This document shows, one piece after another, positions 44,150-53,676 of a stretch of 64,000 bases of DNA. The stretch is taken from positions 47,618 through 111,617 of the forward strand of contig PLRX01000043.1 in NCBI GenBank assembly GCA_003164095.1, in the 5' to 3' direction. Position 1 is the stretch's first letter; the number at the start of each line of letters is the position of its first letter. This DNA is from Acidimicrobiaceae bacterium. Its GTDB lineage: Bacteria; Actinomycetota; Acidimicrobiia; Acidimicrobiales; RAAP-2. A program made the translations under genes and the position numbers. Under the pieces are notes generated by a model. That model ran no database searches. It worked only from the letters and a program-made list of their open reading frames with translations, and had not been told where the DNA came from.

Positions 44150-44200
44150 GACGGACCTCCGGCACCGTGCCCGCCGATCGTCCGGTGTGGGCCGTGCGCC

Positions 44201-45445
44201 TCAGCGGAAGGTGGCGGACACCGGCAGGTGCTTGACCCCACCCACGAAGTTGGCCTGCGCCCACTCCGGCAGGCCGGCGACCTCGACGGTGTCCACTGCT
44301 GCGAGCAGCTTCGGGAGGATCGTGCGCAGCTCCCGTCGGGCGAACGTCGAGCCCAGGCAGAAGTGCTCACCGCCGCCGAACGCGATCATGCGGTTGGCGT
44401 TGGGTCGTGCCACGTCGAAGGTCATCGGGTCGTCGAACATCCGCTCGTCCCGGTTGGCCGACGGGTAGGAGAGCAGCAGCCGGTCGCCCTCGGGCACCTC
44501 GACTCCGGACAGCGTCGCCGGCCGGGTCAGGTAGCGCAGGAAGTGACGCACCGGAGAGGTCCACCGGATCATCTCGTCGACGGCGTTGTTGACGAGTTCG
44601 GGCCGTGCCTGCAGGAGGGCGACCTGGTCGGGGTGTCGCAGCAGGGCTTCGAGCCCGCCGGACAGGGCGAACGACGTGGTGTCGTGGCCGGCGGTGGCGA
44701 CGATCGTGTAGTACCAGAGGCGCGCATTACTGTCCATGGGGCAGCCGTTGACCTCGCTGGTGGCGATCACCGTCGCCAGGTCGTCAGTGGGGTGGGCCCT
44801 GCGGTCCTCGGTCAGCTCGTCGAAGTACGCATCGAACTGGGCGATGGTGTCGGTCAGTAGCGCCATCGGGTCGCTCAGGTCGCCCAGATACTCGGGGTCG
44901 GCCGCCCCGAAGATGCCCTGGGTCAGTTTGAGCATCGTCGGCTCGTCCTCCTGGGGGATGCCGAAGATGCCCATGATCACCCGCAGCGTGTACGGCACGG
45001 CGATGTCCTGGGCGAAGTCGCAGGTGCCGTCCATCTGGCGGAACTGCTCGACGAATTCGTCGGCGATCGCGTCGATGGCCACCTGCCGCTTGGCCACCGC
45101 GCGGGGGCGGAACCAGTCGTTGGCGACGTTGCGGTGGTCGCGGTGCTCGTCGCCGTCCATGTGGATGAGGGTCTCGCCCTCGATCCCGATCGACTTCAGG
45201 AACTCGAACTGGGCATCGGGGCCGAGTACCGAGTTCCGAGTGTTGAGGAAGTGCTCGTTGTCGCGCGACACCGCGAACACGTCTTCGTGACGGGTCACGG
45301 CCCAGAACGGGGTGTAGCCGTCGATCTCGACCCGCAGCACGGGCGCGTCGTCCCGCAGTTCGGCGGCGGCCGCGTGCCAGGCCTCCTGGTCGGCGTAGAG
45401 GATGGGGTCGATGAAGATCGTGCCCCGGGTGTCCGGCTCGCTCAT
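44201..45445 (-). CDS. cytochrome P450
   Basis: Haem loop FGGGEHFCLG, I-helix ATAGHDTTS, EMIRW (ExxR). ATG 45445. Confidence 0.9.
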   Translation of the reverse strand: MSEPDTRGTIFIDPILYADQEAWHAAAAELRDDAPVLRVEIDGYTPFWAVTRHEDVFAVSRDNEHFLNTRNSVLGPDAQFEFLKSIGIEGETLIHMDGDEHRDHRNVANDWFRPRAVAKRQVAIDAIADEFVEQFRQMDGTCDFAQDIAVPYTLRVIMGIFGIPQEDEPTMLKLTQGIFGAADPEYLGDLSDPMALLTDTIAQFDAYFDELTEDRRAHPTDDLATVIATSEVNGCPMDSNARLWYYTIVATAGHDTTSFALSGGLEALLRHPDQVALLQARPELVNNAVDEMIRWTSPVRHFLRYLTRPATLSGVEVPEGDRLLLSYPSANRDERMFDDPMTFDVARPNANRMIAFGGGEHFCLGSTFARRELRTILPKLLAAVDTVEVAGLPEWAQANFVGGVKHLPVSATFR

Positions 45446-45604
45446 TGGTGCTCCCGACTGGTGTGCTGGTGGTCTGTCGTCGACGCCGGGCGTCCGGCGT
45501 GCAGGCACGATGCTAGCCAGCGGCCGGAGGCATCAGGTGGGCCGGAGCCGTCATCGTGGGTGATCTCCGCCGCGCCGGTCCGACAGGACTGCAATCATGA
45601 GCCG

Positions 45605-46075
45605 ATGAAGCTCGTCCCCACCCGTCGGACGGACTATGCCATCCGGGCCCTGGTGTTCATCGAGAACGCCGACACCTCGCCGGTGAAGGCCAACACCATC
45701 GGCGATGCCATGGGAATCCCTACCGGCTTCCTGCAACAGGTCCTCCGCGAGCTCCTCGGTGCGGGCCTCGTCACCTCGCGGCCGGGACCGGCCGGTGGCT
45801 TCACCCTGGCCCGGCCCGCCGACCAGATCACCGTGCTCCAGATCGTCGAGGCCATGGAGGGGCCGCTGCGGACGTCGGAGTGCGCGCTGCGGGGCGGACC
45901 GTGCCACTGGGACGACGTCTGCGCGCTCCACCGTGTGTGGTCGGCGGCCAGGAACGCTCTCTGCGAACAGCTCGACGACGCCACACTGGCCCAGGTGGCG
46001 TCGGACGACCGGGCACTCGCAGCCGGCGAACTCGCCATCCCGGTCGACTCCCACCGCCGGCCGGCCAGCGGCTGA
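45605..46075 (+). CDS. Rrf2-family transcriptional regulator with three clustered Cys
   Basis: MKLVPTRRTDYAIRAL HTH, plus C-x6-C-x5-C (SECALRGGPCHWDDVC). Confidence 0.85.
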   Translation: MKLVPTRRTDYAIRALVFIENADTSPVKANTIGDAMGIPTGFLQQVLRELLGAGLVTSRPGPAGGFTLARPADQITVLQIVEAMEGPLRTSECALRGGPCHWDDVCALHRVWSAARNALCEQLDDATLAQVASDDRALAAGELAIPVDSHRRPASG

Positions 46076-46083
46076 CCCGGCGG

Positions 46084-47316
46084 TTACACCTGCTCCGGGG
46101 TGTACTCCACCGGCATGGTCTCGATGGCATGGACGAGAGCGTGCTCGACATAGGTGGGCACCAAGCCGGGTGCCACGTGCATGTCCGGGAACCGACGGAC
46201 GAGCTCTTCGAACAGCACCCGGATCTCGAGACGGGCCAGGTTGATCCCCATGCAGACGTGGGGCCCGACACCGAAGGCGATCTGGGGGTTGGGGCTCCGG
46301 GTGACGTCGAACTCGTCGGGGCGGTCGAAGACGTCCTCGTCCCGGTTGGCCGACTGGTACAGGAGAAGGAGCTTGTCCCCCTCGGCGATGTGCTGACCGT
46401 GCAGCTCCGTGTCCTGGGTGGCGGTGCGCACGAAGCTGATGACGGGGCTGACGAAGCGTGCGACCTCGTCAGCCATGGTGGCGAAGTGCTCGGGGTGTGT
46501 CCGGAGCAGCTCCCACTGGTCGGGAAACTGCTCGAAGGCCCACATCCCGCCGCCGATGGCGTTCCGGGTCGTCTCGTTGCCCGCCACTAGCAGCACGACC
46601 AGGAACATGGTCAGCTCGTCCTCGGTCAACTCCTCGCTCGACTCGAGCACGCCGTCCTCGTCGGCTCCGACCAGGATCTTGATGATGTCGTCGGGGGAGT
46701 CGCGACCTGATCGCCGAGCCGCCCGGCGGTCCTCCACCATGTCCGCCACGTAGGTCACGTACTCGGTGAACGCGGCCGTGGCGTCGAGGATCATCGGGTC
46801 GTCGGGGTCGGTGCGGCCCTCACCGGCCATCATCCGGTCCGACCACTCGCCGAGTCGGAAGCGGTCATCGACGGGCAGTCCCATCAACTCGGCGATCACC
46901 ACCAGCGGGATGGGCACGGCGATGTCCGTGATGAAGTCGCACGAGCCGGCGGCCGCGACCTGGTCGAGCACCTCGGTCACCACCTGGCGGACCCGCGTCT
47001 CCATGGCGCGGATCATCCGGGGGGAGAAGCCCTGGTTGAGCAGGCGACGCTGGCGGATGTGGCGGTCGCCGTCGAGCCCGATGATCGACAGGTCGATCGA
47101 CTGCGTCGGTCGGACGCCCTGGCCAGAGCAGAACAGGTCGGCGTGGGTGGAGACGTAGGAGATGTCCTCGTGTTTGGTGAGCACCCACAGTCCGTGTGCC
47201 TCGTCCCACGACAGCGGTGCCGAGGCACGGAGCTGTGCGTAGCCCGGGTGCGGGTCGAGGTAGAAGCTGCGGTCCAGGACGTCGATCTCGCAGGCGGGCC
47301 GGGTCTGTGTCGGCAT
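46084..47316 (-). CDS. cytochrome P450
   Basis: Haem loop FGVGPHVCMG, I-helix LLVAGNETT, ExxR (DEVARF). Confidence 0.9.
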   Translation of the reverse strand: MPTQTRPACEIDVLDRSFYLDPHPGYAQLRASAPLSWDEAHGLWVLTKHEDISYVSTHADLFCSGQGVRPTQSIDLSIIGLDGDRHIRQRRLLNQGFSPRMIRAMETRVRQVVTEVLDQVAAAGSCDFITDIAVPIPLVVIAELMGLPVDDRFRLGEWSDRMMAGEGRTDPDDPMILDATAAFTEYVTYVADMVEDRRAARRSGRDSPDDIIKILVGADEDGVLESSEELTEDELTMFLVVLLVAGNETTRNAIGGGMWAFEQFPDQWELLRTHPEHFATMADEVARFVSPVISFVRTATQDTELHGQHIAEGDKLLLLYQSANRDEDVFDRPDEFDVTRSPNPQIAFGVGPHVCMGINLARLEIRVLFEELVRRFPDMHVAPGLVPTYVEHALVHAIETMPVEYTPEQV

Positions 47317-47373
47317 CGTCGTTCCCTCCAGTCGTGCGCGGCGCCTCCGGGGCGCCCGCTCCGGTACGGACAG

Positions 47374-47387
47374 TAGAACGTGTTCTC
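47374..47387. promoter_or_regulatory. KstR-like TetR operator TAGAACGTGTTCTC
   Basis: 13 of 14 match to TnnAACnnGTTnnA. It lies 58 nt upstream of the P450 start. Confidence 0.5.
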
Positions 47388-47461
47388 CTGAACGTCCAGT
47401 GCATTACGACACAATTGTCGCCCCATGAGGCTTCGTCCCAGCCTGGAGGGCTATTGCCCTA

Positions 47462-47475
47462 CAAGAACACGTTCC
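47462..47475. promoter_or_regulatory. KstR-like TetR operator AAGAACACGTTCCA
   Basis: 13 of 14 match to TnnAACnnGTTnnA. It lies 81 nt upstream of the amidohydrolase ATG. Confidence 0.5.
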
Positions 47476-47555
47476 AGTTTGTGACGTTCGGCCCTGTCAT
47501 CGCGGGGTCCGGGTCCGTACCGTCGAACCAGCGACGAGTAACCCCAGGAGGACGC

Positions 47556-48788
47556 ATGACGGACGACTTCCCCCGCATCATCTCGGTCGACGACCACGTG
47601 ATCGAGCCACCCCACGTGTGGCAGACCTACCTACCGGAGCGCTTCCGCTCCGAGGGCCCCCGGGTGGTACGGTCGGGTGTCTCCCGGATGGGGAGTGTGG
47701 GCGGTGTGTACTCATGGGACGAGGACCCCGGTGGCACACCGTGCGACTTCTGGCTGTTCGAGGACCTCCGCTACCCGATGACCCGGGTCATGGCGGCCGC
47801 CGGCCTACCCCGCGAGGACGTCACGGTGTCGCCGGTCACGTTCGAGGAGATGCGCCCCGGTTGCTACGACCCTGCGGCCCGGCTGACGGACATGGACGCG
47901 GCGGGCATCGAGGCCTCGCTCAACTTCCCGACGTTCCCGCGATTTGCCGGTCAGGCGTTCTCCGAAGCGCACGACAAGGACCTGGGCCTCGCCTGCGTGC
48001 GGGCCTACAACGACTGGATGGTCGACGAGTGGTGTGCCGACCCCCGATTGGTGCCCATCACGCTGGTGCCCTTCTGGGACCCGCCCGCCGCCGCCACCGA
48101 GGTGCGGCGCAACGCGGCACGCGGCGTCCGGGCCATCGCCTTCAGCGAGATCCCGGCCTACCTGGGCTGGCCCTCGATCCACGACAAGGACCGCTACTGG
48201 GACCCCCTGTTCGCGGCGTGCGCCGAAACGGGGGTCGTCATCTGCATGCACATCGGCTCGGGGTCGCGGATGCCGTCCACGTCCGCCGACGCACCACCAG
48301 CGGTCCAGTCGACCGCGACGTTCACCAATTGCATGCTGTCGATGTGCGACTGGCTGTTCAGCGGCCTGCTCGAGCGTTACCCGACGCTCAAGATCGCCTA
48401 CTCGGAGGGCCAGATCGGGTGGATCCCCTACATCCTCGAGCGGGCCGACCACGTGTGGGAGACCAACAGGGCGTGGGGCGGCGTGGCCGACCTGCTGCCG
48501 GACGCGCCGTCCACCTACTTCTCCCGTCAGATCTTCGGCTGCTTCTTCTCCGACCGGTTCGGCCTCGAGAACCTGGCCGACATCGGTGAGGACAACGTGA
48601 TGTTCGAGTGCGACTACCCCCACTCCGACAGCACGTGGCCCGACACCCTCGACGTGGCGAAGGAGATGACCTTCGGACTCGACCCCGTCGTGGTGGAGAA
48701 GGTGATGCGGGGCAACGCGATCGAGCTCTTCGGTCTGCGCGACCGGCTGCCGGGGCTGGCGTCGGCCGCCGAGCCGGCGGGCGTCTGA
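47556..48788 (+). CDS. amidohydrolase family 2 (ACMSD-like metal-dependent hydrolase)
   Basis: ISVDDHVIEPP, HIGSGS and ECDYPHSDSTWP. AGGAGG RBS. Confidence 0.85.
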   Translation: MTDDFPRIISVDDHVIEPPHVWQTYLPERFRSEGPRVVRSGVSRMGSVGGVYSWDEDPGGTPCDFWLFEDLRYPMTRVMAAAGLPREDVTVSPVTFEEMRPGCYDPAARLTDMDAAGIEASLNFPTFPRFAGQAFSEAHDKDLGLACVRAYNDWMVDEWCADPRLVPITLVPFWDPPAAATEVRRNAARGVRAIAFSEIPAYLGWPSIHDKDRYWDPLFAACAETGVVICMHIGSGSRMPSTSADAPPAVQSTATFTNCMLSMCDWLFSGLLERYPTLKIAYSEGQIGWIPYILERADHVWETNRAWGGVADLLPDAPSTYFSRQIFGCFFSDRFGLENLADIGEDNVMFECDYPHSDSTWPDTLDVAKEMTFGLDPVVVEKVMRGNAIELFGLRDRLPGLASAAEPAGV

Positions 48789-48798
48789 GGGCCGGGCC

Positions 48799-50523
48799 GT
48801 GGGCGACCACTACCAGCTGCTGATCCGCAACGGGACGCTGATCGACGGGTCCGGCAATCCCCGCCGACGTGCCGACGTCGCGGCCCGTGACGGGAGGATC
48901 GCCGCAATCGGGCGCCTGGACGGGGCGACCGCTGATGTCGAGATCGACGCCGAGGGGCGCATCGTGGCTCCCGGCATCATCGACCCCCATACCCACTACG
49001 ACCCCCAGATCACCTGGGACCCGTACGCCACGGCGTCCTGCTTCCACGGGGTGACGACCGTCCTGGCCGGCAACTGCGGGTTCTCGGTGGCCCCGACACT
49101 CCCGAGCGACCGGTCCTTCTTCGCCGGTCTGTTCGCCAAGGTCGAGGGCATGGCGCCCGCCGCGCTGGACGGCATCGCCTGGGAGTTCGAGACGTTCCCC
49201 GAGTACCTGGACAGCCGGGCCGGGCGCCTCGGCGTCAACCTCGCCTGCTACGTGGGTCACTGCAACCTCCGGCGGTGGGTGATGGGGCCCGAGGGCTCGG
49301 CGCGGGCCGCGACCCCGTCCGAAGTGGTGGAGATGGGACGACTCCTGGCGGAGGCCATGGCAGCCGGTGCAGCCGGGTTCTCGTCCACCCACGCCTCGAC
49401 GCACAACGACGGCGACAACCACCCGGTGCCGAGCCGGTTCGCCGAGCCCGACGAACTCCTGGCCCTGGCCGACGAGCTGGGCCGTGTGAACCGCGGCACC
49501 ATCACCTACCTGCCCCGCAGCGCCGTGGGCGGGCTCGACCGGGTCGACATGGACCTCCTGATCGAGCTCGGTCGGGTGAGCCGGCTGCCGGTCATCATCC
49601 AGGGCCTGGGCGGGCGCAACAAGGTCGATGCGCCGGGCGCCGGATGGGACGTGGCGCTCGAGTTCCTCGAGCGGGCCCGGTCGGCCGGCTCGGCGGTGTA
49701 CTCGCTCCTGCTGGCCCGACCCTTCGACCGGCCCTTCTCCCTCGATGTCGGCACGACGCTCTACGAGGGCGTCCCGGCATGGGACAAGGTCGTCGCCCCC
49801 GGCGTCCACGACCGGCGGGCGAAGCTCGATGAACCGGAGGTCCGGGACGCCATGCGGGACGCCGTGGAGCAGCCCAACCGGGACCCCGACCGGGGCTCCA
49901 CGCTGCCCCCTCCCCACTGGGACGTCCTCTTCGTCGGCTCGGTGACCGTCCCCGAGCTGGACAGCTTCGTCGGTCGCTCCATCGCCGACATAGCCGCCGA
50001 GCTCGGCGTCGCCCCGGCCGACGCCATGATCGACCTCGCCCTGGCCGACGACCTGGCCACCCAGTTCCGCTGGGTCACGGAGACACCTGAGTGGATGGAC
50101 GCCGTGCGCGAGGCGCAGCACAACCCGCACATGATCACCGGGACGTCCGACGGTGGGGCTCACCTGTCGCGGGACGACGGATCGGACTACAGCACGTACT
50201 TCCTGCGCCGATGGGTCCTGGACCTCGGGGAATGGACACTCGAGCAGGGGATCCGCCAGCTCACCTCCGTGCCGGCCGCGCTGCTCGGCTTCCGCGACCG
50301 GGGCCTCGTCCAGGACGGGCACTTCGCCGACCTGATGGTCTTCGATCCCGAGGAGCTGCGTCGCCCGGGACGCAAGGAGCTGGTGCACGACCTGCCCGGC
50401 GACTCCGCCCGCTTCCAGGCGTACCCGAACGGCATCCACGCCACCATCGTCAACGGCGTGCCCATCGTCCTCGACGGGAAGCTCACCGGCAACCTGCCCG
50501 GCCAGGTGGTGTCACCCGTATGA
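48799..50523 (+). CDS. N-acyl-D-amino-acid deacylase (D-aminoacylase) family amidohydrolase
   Basis: APGIIDPHTHYD, GTSDGGAH and VNGVPIV. Confidence 0.85.
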   Translation: MGDHYQLLIRNGTLIDGSGNPRRRADVAARDGRIAAIGRLDGATADVEIDAEGRIVAPGIIDPHTHYDPQITWDPYATASCFHGVTTVLAGNCGFSVAPTLPSDRSFFAGLFAKVEGMAPAALDGIAWEFETFPEYLDSRAGRLGVNLACYVGHCNLRRWVMGPEGSARAATPSEVVEMGRLLAEAMAAGAAGFSSTHASTHNDGDNHPVPSRFAEPDELLALADELGRVNRGTITYLPRSAVGGLDRVDMDLLIELGRVSRLPVIIQGLGGRNKVDAPGAGWDVALEFLERARSAGSAVYSLLLARPFDRPFSLDVGTTLYEGVPAWDKVVAPGVHDRRAKLDEPEVRDAMRDAVEQPNRDPDRGSTLPPPHWDVLFVGSVTVPELDSFVGRSIADIAAELGVAPADAMIDLALADDLATQFRWVTETPEWMDAVREAQHNPHMITGTSDGGAHLSRDDGSDYSTYFLRRWVLDLGEWTLEQGIRQLTSVPAALLGFRDRGLVQDGHFADLMVFDPEELRRPGRKELVHDLPGDSARFQAYPNGIHATIVNGVPIVLDGKLTGNLPGQVVSPV

Positions 50524-50653
50524 GGTGCACCGGGCAGCCCGGGTGGGGTGGGCCGAACGCAACCGACTGATCCGGACCGAACCGCACCGACGGACCGAGA
50601 CCGCAGCACGAACCATCAGCACGAACGGACAGCACAATAGACAAGGAGCAACC

Positions 50654-51835
50654 ATGGAATTCGGCATCTTCCTCCAGGGCTACCTGCCGGGGCCGAAAGC
50701 CCACGACACCGACGCCGAGCACATCGCCCTGACCCGGGAGATGGAACTCGCCCAGGCGGCCGACAGGCACGGCTTCAAATTCGTGTGGCTCACCGAGCAC
50801 CACGGCCTGACCGAGTACTCCCACCTGTCGTGTAACGAGATCGACGCCGGCTACCTGGCGGCCTCCACCCGGCGCATCCACATCGGCGCCGGAATCTTCA
50901 ACATCTCGCCCCGCGTGAACCATCCGGTCCGCACCGCCGAGAAGGTCGCGACCCTCGACCACCTGACCAACCGTCGGTTCGAGTTCGGGACCGGCCGGGG
51001 CGCGGGGAGCCACGAGATCGGCACCCTCAACATCCACGACAAGGAGTCGACCCGGGCCGACTACGACGACGTCATCTACGAGATCGTCCGCATGTGGGAG
51101 CAGAAGGACTACACGTACCACGGCACCCACTGGGACATGGACGTGCCCCACAACGTGCTGCCGAAGCCGTGGGGCCCGGGCCACCCGCCGTTCTGGCTCG
51201 CCGTCGGCTCACCTGCCACCTGGGAGAAGGCCGGCCGTCTCGGTCAGGGCGCACTGGGGTTCACCTTCTCGTCGGTCCACGACGTGGCCCCGTGGATCGA
51301 GGCCTACAAGAAGGGGATCTCGGAGTGCACCGATCCCGTCGGCGAGTTCGTCAACGACAACGTCATGATCACCACGGCGGTGCGCTGCTCGACCGATCGT
51401 GCGGTGGCACGCGAGCAGGCCACCCGGCCGGGCAATGGCTACCTTCCGTCCATGGTGTCGCTCTACCACGACACGATGCCGGGACCCGGGGGCTCCCGGT
51501 GGCCCAAGCCGCCCCGGCCGCCCCGTGAGGACCAGCTCGACGCACTCATCGACGGGGGCTACCTCCTGTGCGGCAGCCCCGAGGAGGTGTGCGAGCAGCT
51601 GCAGCCCTTCGTCGACTACGGGGCCAGCCAGGTCTGCTTCGGACTCCCCGGTGACGCCACGTCCTACGAGGAGGCACTGGCGACGATCGAGACGTTCGGG
51701 ACCAAGGTGATCCCCGAGTTCGACAAGGACCCGGTGGTGTCGACGGACCACTACCGGGCGCTGGCGAAGCCGAAGTTCCCGACGTTCAACCGCGAGCCGC
51801 TGCACATCCCGACCCTCTACGACACCGTCGACTGA
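50654..51835 (+). CDS. LLM-class (luciferase-like) flavin-dependent oxidoreductase
   Basis: MEFGIFLQG, WLTEHH and FEFGTGRG. AAGGAG RBS. Confidence 0.85.
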   Translation: MEFGIFLQGYLPGPKAHDTDAEHIALTREMELAQAADRHGFKFVWLTEHHGLTEYSHLSCNEIDAGYLAASTRRIHIGAGIFNISPRVNHPVRTAEKVATLDHLTNRRFEFGTGRGAGSHEIGTLNIHDKESTRADYDDVIYEIVRMWEQKDYTYHGTHWDMDVPHNVLPKPWGPGHPPFWLAVGSPATWEKAGRLGQGALGFTFSSVHDVAPWIEAYKKGISECTDPVGEFVNDNVMITTAVRCSTDRAVAREQATRPGNGYLPSMVSLYHDTMPGPGGSRWPKPPRPPREDQLDALIDGGYLLCGSPEEVCEQLQPFVDYGASQVCFGLPGDATSYEEALATIETFGTKVIPEFDKDPVVSTDHYRALAKPKFPTFNREPLHIPTLYDTVD

Positions 51836-51863
51836 CCGGGGGACCGTCCCGTGACGGGCCCGG

Positions 51864-52160
51864 TCAGTCGGTCACGAACACCGCGTGGAGCCCGTAGGGC
51901 ACGGCCTCCGCCGTCCCGCCGGGCGCCCCTGAGGCGCAGCGACGCCGCCTCCGTGGTCGTGCAGACCGGTGCGCACCCAGCGGTTGCGGTACCACGAGGC
52001 CGTCCCCGCCCCGAGGCGCTCGCCGTGGACCATGCCGTCGCCCAGGAACCAGTAGGCGACACGCTCTACAGCGGGTTCGACCGTTGCGGACGTAGAGGCC
52101 GGCTCGTGCCGGCTGCTCAAGCTCGGCCCGCGGTGTGCCGATGACGTAGTTGAGGAACTT
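51864..52160 (-). pseudogene. carotenoid cleavage oxygenase (RPE65-family) remnant: N-terminal ~70 aa joined to the last ~15 aa, with frame changes
   Basis: [10 protein letters not shown] / [29 protein letters not shown] / [12 protein letters not shown] are found in alternating frames within 300 nt. Confidence 0.55.
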
Positions 52161-52182
52161 TGGACGAGGACACGGAGACACG

Positions 52183-53655
52183 ATGGAGCAGCACCCCGAG
52201 GGCAGGCGGGGAGGACGGAGGACCCGGAGGACCCTGGCAGCTGCCACACTCCTGGTCGTCACACTCTCAGCGGGCCTGGTGGGGGCGTTCCCTTCCGTGG
52301 CGTCGGCGAGCGTGCCCGTCCCGGTGTTCACGGTCACGACCGCCAGCCCCACCGTCGCCGTCCCGGTCTCCTTCGACGGGTCGGCGTCGTACGACCCGAA
52401 GGCGCCCGACCACATCACGCTGTACGTCTGGTCCTTCGGCGACGGTTCCCACACCGCCACCGGGCCCACCCCGACCCACACCTACACGTCCGCCGGGACG
52501 TACTCGGTGACCCTCACGGTGACCGACGACGAGAACATCAGCGCCTCGGCCATCCGGGTGGTGACCGTCGCCCCGCTGTCGACGCCGACGGCACCCGGCT
52601 TCTTCCGATCGACCCCCCCGTTGTCGGCCTCGCCGGGCAAGGCCTACTCCTACGGGTTCGCGGCCACCGGCTTTCCGGACCCGACCTATGCGCTCATGGG
52701 CGCTCCCGCCTGGCTGACGGCGGTTGCTGACACCGGCATGGTCAGCGGCATCCCCACATCGGGCACGACCTCGTTCTCCTACTCGGTGGTGGCGACCGAC
52801 GGTGTGAGCCCGTCAGCCACCGCCGGTCCCTTCCACGTGACGGTCAGCACCGTCTCGGGCGGCGGAGGGAGTGGTCACGGGTACTGGCTGGTCGGATCCG
52901 ACGGCGGCATCTTCTCCTTCGGGTCCGCCGGCTTCTACGGCTCGACGGGCAGCTTCGTCCTGCAGCGGCCGGTGGTCGGGATCTCCCCCACGGGCAACCG
53001 CAAGGGCTACTGGCTGGTGGCCTCCGACGGGGGCATCTTCGCCTTCGGCGACGCCGGCTACTACGGCTCGCTGCCTGGACTCGGGTTCTCGCCCGCCGGG
53101 TCGTCGGGCCGGTACCCCCTGGACGCGCCGATCGTGGCCATGGTGCCGTCATCCGACGGCGCCGGCTACTTCATGATCGCCTCCGACGGTGGCATCTTCG
53201 CCTTCGGCGACGCCCGCTTCGCCGGGTCGTGCCCCGGCATCGGCGGCTGCGCCGGACCGGCGGTGGCCGTCATGCCCGACGCCACCGGCAACGGCTACTG
53301 GCTCGTCACGGCGACGGGCAACGTCTACGCCTTCGGTGACGCCCCCTACCTCGGTGCGCCACCACGCCAGTCGGCAAGCGTGACATCGGCGGTCCGCACC
53401 CCGGACGGCGGCGGCTACTGGGTCCTCTTCGCCGACGGCACTGTCGTCCCCTTCGGTGACGCCAGCGCCCACGGCGACCGCGCCGGCACTCTGGGCAGCG
53501 ACACGGCGACGGCGATCGTCGCCACGTCGGACGGCGGCGGCTACTGGGTGGCCACGGCGTCGGGTGCGGTCGACCCGTTCGGCGACGCCCCGGAGGACGG
53601 CAGCATGGCCGGTTCCCACCTCAACGCACCGATCGTGGCCGCCTCGGGCTGGTAG
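52183..53655 (+). CDS. secreted PKD-domain / Ig-like / six-repeat ([15 protein letters not shown]) protein
   Basis: Arg-rich signal, PKD ([34 protein letters not shown]), Ig-like segment, then six repeats of about 40 aa. Confidence 0.8.
   Translation: MEQHPEGRRGGRRTRRTLAAATLLVVTLSAGLVGAFPSVASASVPVPVFTVTTASPTVAVPVSFDGSASYDPKAPDHITLYVWSFGDGSHTATGPTPTHTYTSAGTYSVTLTVTDDENISASAIRVVTVAPLSTPTAPGFFRSTPPLSASPGKAYSYGFAATGFPDPTYALMGAPAWLTAVADTGMVSGIPTSGTTSFSYSVVATDGVSPSATAGPFHVTVSTVSGGGGSGHGYWLVGSDGGIFSFGSAGFYGSTGSFVLQRPVVGISPTGNRKGYWLVASDGGIFAFGDAGYYGSLPGLGFSPAGSSGRYPLDAPIVAMVPSSDGAGYFMIASDGGIFAFGDARFAGSCPGIGGCAGPAVAVMPDATGNGYWLVTATGNVYAFGDAPYLGAPPRQSASVTSAVRTPDGGGYWVLFADGTVVPFGDASAHGDRAGTLGSDTATAIVATSDGGGYWVATASGAVDPFGDAPEDGSMAGSHLNAPIVAASGW
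52873..53652 (+). repeat. six tandem coding repeats GYW[LV]x(2-3)DGx[IV]xxFGDAxxxG
   Basis: Read from the translation. The spacing suggests a beta-propeller. Confidence 0.7.
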
Positions 53656-53676
53656 TCCGGCCGTCCGGCCACTCCG

